Shown here: one piece after another, positions 40,405 to 49,257 of the stretch | Layout of the letters: every line of letters starts with the position of its first letter | Position numbering within the stretch: the stretch's first letter is position 1 | Notes under the pieces: generated by a model | The model's input: the letters and a program-made list of their open reading frames with translations, nothing else | Told to the model about the DNA's origin: nothing | Databases searched by the model: none | NCBI GenBank assembly: GCA_027459625.1 | Contig: DAIDHP010000014.1 | Location: 921 to 64,920, forward strand | Direction of reading: 5' to 3' | DNA length: 64,000 bases | Source of the DNA: Chthonomonadales bacterium | GTDB lineage: Bacteria; Armatimonadota; Chthonomonadetes; Chthonomonadales; CAJBBX01 | Program-made: the position numbers and the translations under genes

Positions 40405-41565
40405 ATGGCTCTTGATCTACAATTCAGACCTTTTTCACAAACCACGCAGTCCCCGCAACTGCAAAACGTTTCCAAAGTTCCCGTTGTTAGAACCAAACGA
40501 AATGTCACGATTGATATTTTACGCGGTTATTGCATCGTTATGATGATAACCAGCCATATAAGCCCGAATTCACTCGTCAATCAGTGCATTCACTTTCAGC
40601 AATTCATAAGCGGCGCGGAAGGTTTTGTATTCCTTTCCGGCTTGGTTTTGGGACTTGTGTACCGTCGCAAACTGGATGCATTTCCGGCGGTTCAATCCTA
40701 TGTGAAAATATGGAAAAGGGCGTTGATGATATGGGGGGTTCATTGCATTATCGTCCTTGGCGCACTGGTTGCCAATGTGTGGGTTTTTCATTTTCCGGAT
40801 ATTCCCGATATTCGTTCACTTGGTGTGCTCCACGCAATTTGGATAACGATTTCATTGCAGATGCAGCCCGGACACATGCTGAATATTCTGCCCATGTATG
40901 TGATTCTTCTCGTAATCGCTCCGCTGGCGTTTGAAATGCTACGCAAAGGTAAAACGGGATGGTTGGTCTTTTTATCCGCCGCGATGTTTGCATACACTCA
41001 ATTCAATCCTGCTTTTTTGACATGGGGTGATCCGAATCTCGGGGGCGTTGCGTTTCCTCCGGTGATGTGGCAGGTTCTATTTATCGCGGGGATGTGCATC
41101 GGTTATCATTCAAATCTCATTCGCACCACGATTTTGGATAGAAATCGCAACGAAATCACCTGGATTTTGGGCGGTTTGGTGCTTCTTATGATGGTCATCA
41201 CACTGTACCATACGCCGCACTTCGCGTTTTACAGACATACGAAGTGGGACTTGTTCCTATGGCAACGCGAACCTCTGCGTTTTGGACGGGTTTTGTATTT
41301 CATGCTGAGCGTAAGCTTCTTTTATCTGCTTGTCCAAAGACTTCAGAAACTCTTTTTCACAAGAAGGGTGATGAATGCTTTGTCCATGCTCGGGAGAAAC
41401 AGCCTTTACTCCTTTATCGTTCATCTGGGCATCGCTTTCGTTGTAGGGGCGTTAATGATGATTGCCACGGATCGTGTTTCCCTGGAGTTGAGCCCTGTCT
41501 TCACGGTTGCTCTGGTTTATTTTATGGCGAAGTATCAGGTTGGTCGCAAGTTCATTCCCAATTAA
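40405..41565 (+). CDS. OpgC-family membrane acyltransferase
   Basis: IDILRG, GAEGFVFLSG, NILPMY, WQ.LF and LG.NSL motifs; multi-TM. Confidence 0.88.
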   Translation: MALDLQFRPFSQTTQSPQLQNVSKVPVVRTKRNVTIDILRGYCIVMMITSHISPNSLVNQCIHFQQFISGAEGFVFLSGLVLGLVYRRKLDAFPAVQSYVKIWKRALMIWGVHCIIVLGALVANVWVFHFPDIPDIRSLGVLHAIWITISLQMQPGHMLNILPMYVILLVIAPLAFEMLRKGKTGWLVFLSAAMFAYTQFNPAFLTWGDPNLGGVAFPPVMWQVLFIAGMCIGYHSNLIRTTILDRNRNEITWILGGLVLLMMVITLYHTPHFAFYRHTKWDLFLWQREPLRFGRVLYFMLSVSFFYLLVQRLQKLFFTRRVMNALSMLGRNSLYSFIVHLGIAFVVGALMMIATDRVSLELSPVFTVALVYFMAKYQVGRKFIPN

Positions 41566-41638
41566 GATATCTCCGTGTTCGCATATTCCCAAGGGTATGA
41601 TATGTTGAAACATACTCTTTCACTGAGGTGAAAAAAAT

Positions 41639-43351
41639 ATGCGTTACTTGGCGCAAAGTTGTTTTCTGATTCTTATGATCATCGCTCCCGTCCTATCGCA
41701 TGCGCGAGGGGTTCGGGAGGGATATGCGCCTGCCCCCGCCTATTCCCCATCGAAGTGGTCTCTCTGGATTTCTCAGCCCCCCGGGGATTGCCCCTTCAAA
41801 CAATCATCCCACTTCAAGGGGCTCGCCTTTTCCGATCTTCATGCGGAGTATGAGAATGCGGATACTTGGTATCCCTCTTGGGCTTCCGACGGCAATCTCT
41901 ATTCTCCCTGGACGGACGGAACGGTGGAGGGAATCAAGTCCTACTCGGGTGGCAAAGAGGCGACAACGGGATTCGCGAAAATCATTGGGGATGACCCCAT
42001 GCATTTGACCATCACCGATGTTGGAACGTATCCGTCCGATCCCTCCCCCTATGGCGGAAGATACCCATGCGGAAGCTTGGTTTACAACGGAGTGTGGTAT
42101 TACGGCACCTATTGTCTTTTGGATGGAGGGAATCAATTAAACTGGGACGTCCTCGGCCCGTTTGTGGGATTCCGGTGGTCCGAGAATTACGGGAAAAGCT
42201 GGACTCAAACGCCCTGCACCCCGTCACATCCGCTATTTGGCGAGCAATCCTTGCATCATGAACCCATCCGGATTGGATCACCTCATTTCGTGGATTTCGG
42301 CAGGGATATGGAATATTCCCCCGATGGCTATGCATACCTGGTGGCGCACGGAGCATCCCAAGGTCCGCAAGGAAGAAGAAAAGCCTATGATAGTTGGATC
42401 ACGGGGGATGAGATATATCTCATTCGGGTGAAACCAAGCATTGCGGATATGAACGACATCTCGAAATATCAATTTTTCGCGGGTTACGACAAAGCCGGCA
42501 GCGCCATTTGGAGCGAGGATTTCAAGAAGATTCATCCTATCGCCAAATGGATGAATCATATGGGCTGCGTCACCATGACCTATGACGCGCCTCTTAAAAG
42601 ATACCTGATGTGCGTAACGGATGGCGGAACCACGCTTTCCATGTTCAACACCTACATCCTTGAATCGCAGGATATCACAGGCCCGTGGAGACTGGTCACC
42701 TATATGGAGCATTTCGGGCAGCAGGGGTATTTTGTGAATGTCCCTTCAAAGTTCATCAGTCCAGACGGAAAGACCTTCTGGCTTTGCTATGCGGCTAATT
42801 TCAGCGGAGGGGAGGATGGTGTGCCGTTTCGCTCCAATCCTTCAGGCAGTCGATATGGAATGTGTCTTCAAAAAGCGAAGCTTATTGGGTCGAATGATCC
42901 AATGTTGAATACCAATATTTTGCAATCCCCCGATAATATCGCCCCGGATGCGCTTCTAACGGTCAGTTCCGTGCACCCGGATTACTCGGCGGACGGAGCG
43001 GTAGATCGCGTTATTGGAGGGTTTCCTGGCGATATCCTCCATGAATGGGCTTCAAATGGTGAGGGAAGCGGGACGTTTATACGCTTGGAATGGCAAAGCG
43101 ATCATTTGGTGAACAGGGTGATGCTTTTTGACCGCCCGAATAATCTGGATCAGATACTCTCCGGGGTGTTGGTTTTCAGCGACGGGACTTCCATTCAAAC
43201 CAAGGCGCTGCCGGATGACGCCAAACAGGGATTGGATGTCACCTTCCCCCCAAAGAAAATCCATTGGTTGATATTCATTGCGACCAAGGTGAAACCTAAC
43301 TCCCCGAATATCGGGTTGTCGGAGATTGCGGTGTTCAAGACGAAAAAATAG
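41639..43351 (+). CDS. Secreted beta-propeller (DUF4185-like) putative glycosidase with C-terminal discoidin-like domain
   Basis: Signal peptide; ADTWYPSWA.DG.LYS.WTDG, GPW and QGYF..P.KF; C-terminal NIA..A...SS, EWAS.GE and GLSEI.VF. Confidence 0.65.
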   Translation: MRYLAQSCFLILMIIAPVLSHARGVREGYAPAPAYSPSKWSLWISQPPGDCPFKQSSHFKGLAFSDLHAEYENADTWYPSWASDGNLYSPWTDGTVEGIKSYSGGKEATTGFAKIIGDDPMHLTITDVGTYPSDPSPYGGRYPCGSLVYNGVWYYGTYCLLDGGNQLNWDVLGPFVGFRWSENYGKSWTQTPCTPSHPLFGEQSLHHEPIRIGSPHFVDFGRDMEYSPDGYAYLVAHGASQGPQGRRKAYDSWITGDEIYLIRVKPSIADMNDISKYQFFAGYDKAGSAIWSEDFKKIHPIAKWMNHMGCVTMTYDAPLKRYLMCVTDGGTTLSMFNTYILESQDITGPWRLVTYMEHFGQQGYFVNVPSKFISPDGKTFWLCYAANFSGGEDGVPFRSNPSGSRYGMCLQKAKLIGSNDPMLNTNILQSPDNIAPDALLTVSSVHPDYSADGAVDRVIGGFPGDILHEWASNGEGSGTFIRLEWQSDHLVNRVMLFDRPNNLDQILSGVLVFSDGTSIQTKALPDDAKQGLDVTFPPKKIHWLIFIATKVKPNSPNIGLSEIAVFKTKK

Positions 43352-43358
43352 TGAAGTA

Positions 43359-43443
43359 AGGTCATTGCAAAATTCGCTTATGGGGTGTTTCGCAAAGCGT
43401 GAATGCGCGACATAGCCTCGTTTTCTGAATTTTACAGTTACCT
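43359..43443. repeat. Copy of dispersed ~85-bp TIR element
   Basis: AGGTCATTGCAAAATTC ... GAATTTTACAGTTACCT, 17-bp imperfect TIR, between convergent genes. Confidence 0.7.
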
Positions 43444-43502
43444 AAAGTGAAAAAAGGTAAAAAACATATCCTAATCGGCGCGTTTCATGAAATCGGGTAT
43501 TT

Positions 43503-45149
43503 TCATTTCTGCGTTTGCTGCGCCACGATGGGGACGTAACCAATTTCCAAACCCTTCGGAGGCTTCACGATCAAGGCGGGGTCAATGGATACCAATTTAC
43601 CGTGAGCCAGGGGGGGGATATAGTCGGTTTTAGTTTTCCATGCGGACTGTATCCTCTCAAACCTCGCCTGCAAATCCTCCTTTTGCTTTTCGTTCAAATG
43701 AAGATGCTGCAATGATGGTTGGTCCACAAAGCGATACCAGTAATAGGTTACAACGGAGCCATCCGTTAGTTTCGCATGGTAAGGGCCGCGCTTGGGGCCC
43801 GGAGTCCACCATACTGAGGTGGAATCCGCAGGGCATTCATAGGACTTTCCCTTGCCGGAGGGTTGGAACTGCTGCGATTGGAGTTGAGTGCTCTCCGGGA
43901 CTTGATTGGCGGGGATGACTTCCATCTCTTCGCCTACCTGTTTGTAGTACTCCGGGAATATTCCCGTGCTCCCGGGGGTTTTCCATTCCAGCCCGAAGGT
44001 TCGCGAAGAGGGTTTGCCGAATACCTCGGTCTGAACGATATCGCCGATACCGTGAATCGGCAGGTTTTCCGATCCTTGCCGGAAATTGATTCGATTGGCT
44101 GTGAGCGCTGGGGACCAGGAATAGAACGAGTTGAATTTACCCGTGGGTTTTATTTTCCCTTCCATCATGGATTGAACGGAATCCCACAAAGCCTCCTTCG
44201 AATACGTTCGGACATCCTCCATGAGCGTCGTCCGTCCGGATTTGTCCACGGGAAAAAGAATCTCGGGAATTCTGGCGTATGTGTTTCCCGCATCATCATG
44301 ATTCTGGAAATAGGGGACGGTGTTAAACTCCATCGCGCCACCCGCCATGATTGCGGGTCGGGCGTCCAGCCCGCGCCCATCGATAACGGGATATCCTGCG
44401 GAGAGCATGCTCCATATCCGAGGAATCCAAAACGCGACGGGGCCCTTGAAGTTCGCGGCGTTAAAGAACAGCGTCCAGCACTGATCGCCGGTTGGGGGAT
44501 TTTGGGATGGAACATCCCCGCTCATCAACGGCAAAGCCATCCAAGCGTTACCCAACACTTCTCCGTTGGCGCCTTTTTTAAAGGTGAAGCCATCGGGGGG
44601 GAGGAGTATTCGGTTGGAGAGTTGCGCGATCCCCATTATATTCGCAGGCAATGGATTGGGATCTCCAAAACCGAAACCCGGGGAGGATATCTGATGGTTA
44701 TACCCGTCCGGAGTTCCATTGATACGGTATTTCGGAGTTGGCGAACCGAACTGAGTACTCGCCCAAAAGCCCAATCCGCCCTCGATCGTTTGGAAAACAT
44801 CGCGATAATAAGGGCCTCTTTCGGGCCAGTTGTCTCGTGCGAAGGTGCCCGGCGGACACAACGGCTCCTTGAAATCGGTGTTGTCCGGAATGATCCACGT
44901 GGCAGGGAGACCAATCTGAAACGAATCCAATGGCGTTTTTAACAGAGGCCATACGCTTGAATAAAAGCTTACGCCATACCGGAAATCCGACGGAGGTTTG
45001 CTGACATTCATGGAAATGTAGCCCTTCAAACCACCGTATTGCTCCGGAAGTTTTTCAGCGGAGGAGGGGGATGCACTTGCAATAAAGGAAAGCGCCCCTG
45101 AGAATAGAAGGAAAACATATGCTTCTTGAAGGATGCTTGATTTGCCCAT
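43503..45149 (-). CDS. Secreted hypothetical protein
   Basis: 548-aa ORF with signal peptide; rich in aromatic residues, Gly and Pro; no family recognised. Confidence 0.8.
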   Translation of the reverse strand: MGKSSILQEAYVFLLFSGALSFIASASPSSAEKLPEQYGGLKGYISMNVSKPPSDFRYGVSFYSSVWPLLKTPLDSFQIGLPATWIIPDNTDFKEPLCPPGTFARDNWPERGPYYRDVFQTIEGGLGFWASTQFGSPTPKYRINGTPDGYNHQISSPGFGFGDPNPLPANIMGIAQLSNRILLPPDGFTFKKGANGEVLGNAWMALPLMSGDVPSQNPPTGDQCWTLFFNAANFKGPVAFWIPRIWSMLSAGYPVIDGRGLDARPAIMAGGAMEFNTVPYFQNHDDAGNTYARIPEILFPVDKSGRTTLMEDVRTYSKEALWDSVQSMMEGKIKPTGKFNSFYSWSPALTANRINFRQGSENLPIHGIGDIVQTEVFGKPSSRTFGLEWKTPGSTGIFPEYYKQVGEEMEVIPANQVPESTQLQSQQFQPSGKGKSYECPADSTSVWWTPGPKRGPYHAKLTDGSVVTYYWYRFVDQPSLQHLHLNEKQKEDLQARFERIQSAWKTKTDYIPPLAHGKLVSIDPALIVKPPKGLEIGYVPIVAQQTQK

Positions 45150-45158
45150 GATATCTCC

Positions 45159-47108
45159 TTATCCCCGTTTGTTGATGGCGGCTATCAAATGCAGAAAACC
45201 GATTTGGCAGAACGCGGTGGATTCAGGATACATATCCTGCTTCATTTTGTCCTCGACACCGTCTCCGTTCGTATCATCCGTCCAATTATACACCCCGCCC
45301 ATCTCGTTAAACAGCCGGACTTGGAAGGGGTTGTCACCGCAGAGATAGCGCACCATCGACATGGCACGGTCGCAATAACGCTTCTCTCCGGTCAACGCGT
45401 ACAAATCCGCCAAGGCATGAATCCAATGCCCGGTCTGATAGTAAAAAAACTGCGCATTGCCACCCTTGCTCCAGATATAGGTCATCCTTCCCGGGGCTAT
45501 GAGCAACCCGAAGTTCACGCAGGGTGCCTTCCTCTCCTTGGGATCGGCTTTGGCGGTTATCCATGCGTCCGCAACCTGCATCGCGGAAGTGCGCCAGTGG
45601 TCGGCGTCAGGCTCTTGAGGCAGTAAGGCGGTCCCTTCCGCTAACGCCGCAACCCCCATGGCATCCACATTGGGATAGATGGACCATTGATGGTTGGCGG
45701 ATTCCAAATCCACCAGGGCGTTAAGGGAGTTGACGCAAAGCCGGCGCAGGGGTTGAGTGTCGTTGGGGGCGAGCATCACCGGCATGTCCGGATGCACGCT
45801 GCAAGCCGCGAGCATTCCCAGTAAAAGATACGCGTGCTCTCCGGCATCCCGCCAGTAGACATGCCCTTGGGGCGTGGTTTTGACGTATCCGCCTTTTTTC
45901 CCGTCATGCAGACAGAAGCGCAGGGAGAGTGCGATGCTGTCTCGAAGATTGGCGGCTATTGGACCTTCGGGATCCGCCTTCAACATCTCCCCCAGTCCCC
46001 ACGTCGCCCGACCATTAAGCACCCCTCCGGCGGCGTAATCGTGAAAGGAGGGGTTGTAAAACCAGCCCTTGCGCTCTGTCATATAATCACCGTTGTTGAA
46101 CATGCCATAGTGAAACGCTCCCGCCGTGTATATCTCCCGCATGCCCTGCCAATCCGGAAGGCAGAAGTTGGACGCCGTTTTATGCTGCATCGCCATCAAG
46201 TTGCGCGCAGCCTCGCGGCAGAACCCGAGGGTGTTCTCCATGGGATCGATTGGCGCGTGGATTCGCATAACATGCATGATGAGGACATCTGCGAAATCGT
46301 TGGAGAAGGCATAAGGACGATAGTTATCCGGATTGTTGTTCTTCGGGTTACCGTCAAGAGGGTTATCGTTGCTGGAGTTGAACCACGTGCTCCACACCGA
46401 CTGCCAAAATGTTTGCGCTACGCGATGGTTGAGCGGTTGATCCCAATCCCTGTCCCGGTATCGGAACTCGTAGAGCGAGAGGTTGTTTTTGAACCACTCC
46501 AAATCAGCCTTATTCGCCAGATCGAAGGTCTGTCGCTCCGCATTCGCCTTCATCGCCCCCTCGCTATGCAGATAGAGGTTTATCAGGGAGCGCATCTCGT
46601 TCCATTGCGCGCATTTTTCGTCCGTCCTGCCTTCCCGATCTATAAGCCCGGTGGTGAATCCGGTCGGGAGTACGGTTCCGGATGAATCGTAGAGGATGAT
46701 CGTCGCCTCCGTTTGGCGGTGATCGGGTCCGGTTACGTCGAAATCGTTGTCGGTTGTGGCGTCGATGAAGAGGGTTCCCAGACGCAGCTTCGGTGCGCCG
46801 AGGAAGTCATTGGGGTATCGGCATCGGAATTTACCCGAGTTCACCGCGACCTGTTTTATAACAGACACGCCGGCACCCGTGGTGACGCGAACTCTCACTG
46901 AGGATGCGTTTGTACTCGTCACCACTCCATCGATATCCACATGTCCCTTGCGAATATCCGCGAGGACGGAACGCCTTAGTGTGGGCACTAGGGATACGGG
47001 CGATTGGGAAGGGGTTTGAGCGGCGTGGCAAACCTCCATCATAGGGAGCGCCAGGGCTGCGCTTATGAAGGAGAGCGCTTGACGGCGGGTGAATGTCGCT
47101 TTGTTCAT
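45159..47108 (-). CDS. Tat-exported protein with probable (alpha/alpha) barrel
   Basis: TRRQAL Tat motif; ALADLYALTGEKRY.D.A and YL.GDNP motifs typical of six-hairpin enzymes. Confidence 0.7.
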   Translation of the reverse strand: MNKATFTRRQALSFISAALALPMMEVCHAAQTPSQSPVSLVPTLRRSVLADIRKGHVDIDGVVTSTNASSVRVRVTTGAGVSVIKQVAVNSGKFRCRYPNDFLGAPKLRLGTLFIDATTDNDFDVTGPDHRQTEATIILYDSSGTVLPTGFTTGLIDREGRTDEKCAQWNEMRSLINLYLHSEGAMKANAERQTFDLANKADLEWFKNNLSLYEFRYRDRDWDQPLNHRVAQTFWQSVWSTWFNSSNDNPLDGNPKNNNPDNYRPYAFSNDFADVLIMHVMRIHAPIDPMENTLGFCREAARNLMAMQHKTASNFCLPDWQGMREIYTAGAFHYGMFNNGDYMTERKGWFYNPSFHDYAAGGVLNGRATWGLGEMLKADPEGPIAANLRDSIALSLRFCLHDGKKGGYVKTTPQGHVYWRDAGEHAYLLLGMLAACSVHPDMPVMLAPNDTQPLRRLCVNSLNALVDLESANHQWSIYPNVDAMGVAALAEGTALLPQEPDADHWRTSAMQVADAWITAKADPKERKAPCVNFGLLIAPGRMTYIWSKGGNAQFFYYQTGHWIHALADLYALTGEKRYCDRAMSMVRYLCGDNPFQVRLFNEMGGVYNWTDDTNGDGVEDKMKQDMYPESTAFCQIGFLHLIAAINKRG

Positions 47109-47269
47109 GATGGTGTTCCTTGCATTACATTCATGTGAAGCGGGGTTGCCTAATATTACCATACGGGGGCGCCTATCTCACGATAAGGCGGAATTATCTC
47201 TCGCGGAGGCGGATTTACCTCACGCAGAGACGCGGAGACGCTGTTTTTCTTACAATGTACGGAGGATTC

Positions 47270-47360
47270 GTAGGGGCGACCCTTGTGGTCGCCCGAAATG
47301 TTGCGAGTTCCGGAAATCTTGTGAGCGGTACGGTTTCGCCTTAACGCCCAATCCCCGCGC
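47270..47360 (+). repeat. GTAG-type REP unit, copy 1
   Basis: GTAGGGGCGACCCTTGTGGTCGCCC hairpin plus a tail repeated at 47742. Confidence 0.8.
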
Positions 47361-47700
47361 AGGTTGGCGGTCCCCCCGCGCGGTGAACCATGCGGTATGC
47401 GCTCGCGAACGCCATGAATGGCGTGACGCGTGGAATTCGATCCCGCAGGTTGGCGTTCCCCGTGCGATAAATCACGTGGTACGCGCTCGCGAACGCCATG
47501 AATGGTGTGATGCGTGGAATTCGATCCCGCAGGTTGGCGGTCCCCGCGCGATAAATCACGCGGTACGCGCTCGCAAACGCCATGAATGGCGTGGCACGGG
47601 GGTATTCGATCCTGCAGGTTGGCGTTCCCCCCCGCGCGGTGAACCACGCGGTACATGCTCGCGAACGCCATAAATGGCGTAACACGTGGAATTCGATCCC
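47359..47700 (+). repeat. Tandem array of four 84-86-bp double-hairpin repeats
   Basis: GCAGGTTGGCG starts at 47359, 47445, 47529 and 47614; each unit has CGCGCGRTRAAYCAYGYG and ACGCCATRAATGGYGT hairpins. Confidence 0.92.
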
Positions 47701-47741
47701 GAACGGGTACATGGTTTCATCGAATGTGTCGCGATGATTTT

Positions 47742-47833
47742 GTAGGGGCGACCCTTGTGGTCGCCCGAAATGTTGCGGGTTCCGGAAATCATGTGATCGA
47801 TAGCGAATCCACCATCACGCCTAACCCCTGCGC
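47742..47833 (+). repeat. GTAG-type REP unit, copy 2 (direct repeat of 47270)
   Basis: GTAGGGGCGACCCTTGTGGTCGCCCGAAATGTTGCGRGTTCCGGAAATC nearly identical to copy 1. Confidence 0.8.
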
Positions 47834-47889
47834 GACATATTATATGACCGGTGAGATGTAAATCCGTATTTCAAAACTCCCGCCGAATA

Positions 47890-48963
47890 CTAATTACATC
47901 TCGTATATTGGCATACATGCACGGCGCAAATATTCGTTAAAAATGCGCAAGGTTCCTTTGTTGCAATGTCAAACACCTCTTCATCCGTTTTTTCTAAGAT
48001 TACCCGGCAAATTCGTATAGGATGTTGGTCAATTCCACCATACGCCAAATCGCTTGTTTTTACGGAACGTGCAAATAACCATTGCTTTTCCGGATCTTTT
48101 GGAAGAATTGATTCCCTGCAATGCTTGGAAATATCGATAATAATACCGTGAAGATTCTGGAAGATATCCCTCGCAGTATAACGAAGGACCTTTAAGCCCA
48201 TGCTCTCCATCCATTTATCTCGCTTCATATCATATCTTCGACTATCCTGAGACCCATGCGCTATATCCCCATCCACTTCGATAACAAGTCCGGCGTCATG
48301 GGAATAGACATCCGCGATAAAAGGACCAATCGGGTGCTGTCTTCTGAATTTAACACCGCATTTATGTCCTAAAAGCGCTTGCCAAAGCAATCTCTCAGGT
48401 GGTGTCATCGAGTTACGTAATTCCCTTGCGTATGCGAAATGTTCAACTGGAACGCCGCTCCATCCACCATTAGGAGAGAGTTGTTGAACCCTCCTGCGCA
48501 CCAAAACTCGATGGTATTCCGTGAGCCAAAGGACGCTTTCGCTCTCTTCGGTTTGTATTCCAATCATTATCCCCCGGTAATGTCTTCGAACCACCTTTTG
48601 TATCGGAAATACGTTCCCGTCATAAGCCACGATCAATTCGTCGGGATGGAGAGATTCAATGGGTTTCCATGCAAACCAATCACCCTCCTTAAATCCCGCC
48701 TCTTCCTCACCCCCCACAAATCCCTCCGCCGCACCATCGCCCCCTTTAAATTCCCCCGCATGCGGGGGGAGACTGGGTTTTTCGTTGTCGTGGAGGGTAT
48801 TCTCCCCCGCGTGCGGGGGAGTTGGAGGGGGTAAATCCGGCGATGTATCTTGGGTGTTTGGAGGGGGTAGCACGCAAAGGACGAGAACTCCCGCCCTTAC
48901 GCAACATGAATGGATCTTTTTAGATCGAAGAAAGTTGAAGTTCGCCTTTTTCATTCGCACCAT
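47890..48963 (-). CDS. Stand-alone Hint/intein-like protein with embedded DUF559 (Vsr-like) endonuclease
   Basis: Block A CVRAGVLV, block B LWLTEYH, DUF559 (ARELR..MT..E..LW, FRRQHPIG.FIAD, IEVDG..H, RD), blocks F/G VFDIAT..FLTNICAVHV-C. Confidence 0.82.
   Translation of the reverse strand: MVRMKKANFNFLRSKKIHSCCVRAGVLVLCVLPPPNTQDTSPDLPPPTPPHAGENTLHDNEKPSLPPHAGEFKGGDGAAEGFVGGEEEAGFKEGDWFAWKPIESLHPDELIVAYDGNVFPIQKVVRRHYRGIMIGIQTEESESVLWLTEYHRVLVRRRVQQLSPNGGWSGVPVEHFAYARELRNSMTPPERLLWQALLGHKCGVKFRRQHPIGPFIADVYSHDAGLVIEVDGDIAHGSQDSRRYDMKRDKWMESMGLKVLRYTARDIFQNLHGIIIDISKHCRESILPKDPEKQWLFARSVKTSDLAYGGIDQHPIRICRVILEKTDEEVFDIATKEPCAFLTNICAVHVCQYTRCN
48740..48832. repeat. Inverted pair of GC-rich palindromes read in frame inside the Hint domain
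   Basis: CCCCCGCATGCGGGGG (48753-48768) and CTCCCCCGCGTGCGGGGGAG (48802-48821); both translate as PPHAGE. Confidence 0.8.
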
Positions 48964-49005
48964 CCCGAGTACGTGTTTGAAATCCGTCTTGAACTATATA
49001 TGCCC

Positions 49006-49200
49006 CTACCCGAAATCCATCTCCTCGTTTCGCGCCCGGGGTTTTCCAGAGCCCTCGTTGCGTTGCACCATGTATCCCAATGGGAGTTCGGGTCGTTTGC
49101 CCTCCTCCAGAATCTCCTTGATGGTGAGAAGCTGCATTCGTGGGATGCGCCGTGTGCCGAAACCCTCCACGAATCCGAGACCCTCCGCCTCATGCAATCT
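49006..49200 (-). pseudogene. C-terminal remnant of a DNA methyltransferase/Mrr-like fusion
   Basis: EAEGLGF...IPRMQLLTIKEIL.EGKRPELP resembles the EA...GF..YP.IQILT..ELL.G..P tail; begins abruptly after the GH116 terminator. Confidence 0.55.
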
Positions 49201-49216
49201 TGATCAATAATAAATG

Positions 49217-49242
49217 CAGGGGCGATGTATTTACCGCCCCTG
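49217..49242 (-). terminator. Terminator after the GH116 gene
   Basis: CAGGGGCG...CGCCCCTG hairpin with an A/T-rich tail on the minus strand. Confidence 0.65.
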
Positions 49243-49257
49243 AGCATTACACGAATG

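Noticed and set aside
47359-47700. CRISPR or guide-array interpretation of the tandem repeats
   Set aside because: Units are homologous over their whole length, with no unique spacers
47089-47861. Several ORFs of 68-194 aa over the repeat array
   Set aside because: They are translations of repeat DNA on both strands with no RBS or protein motifs
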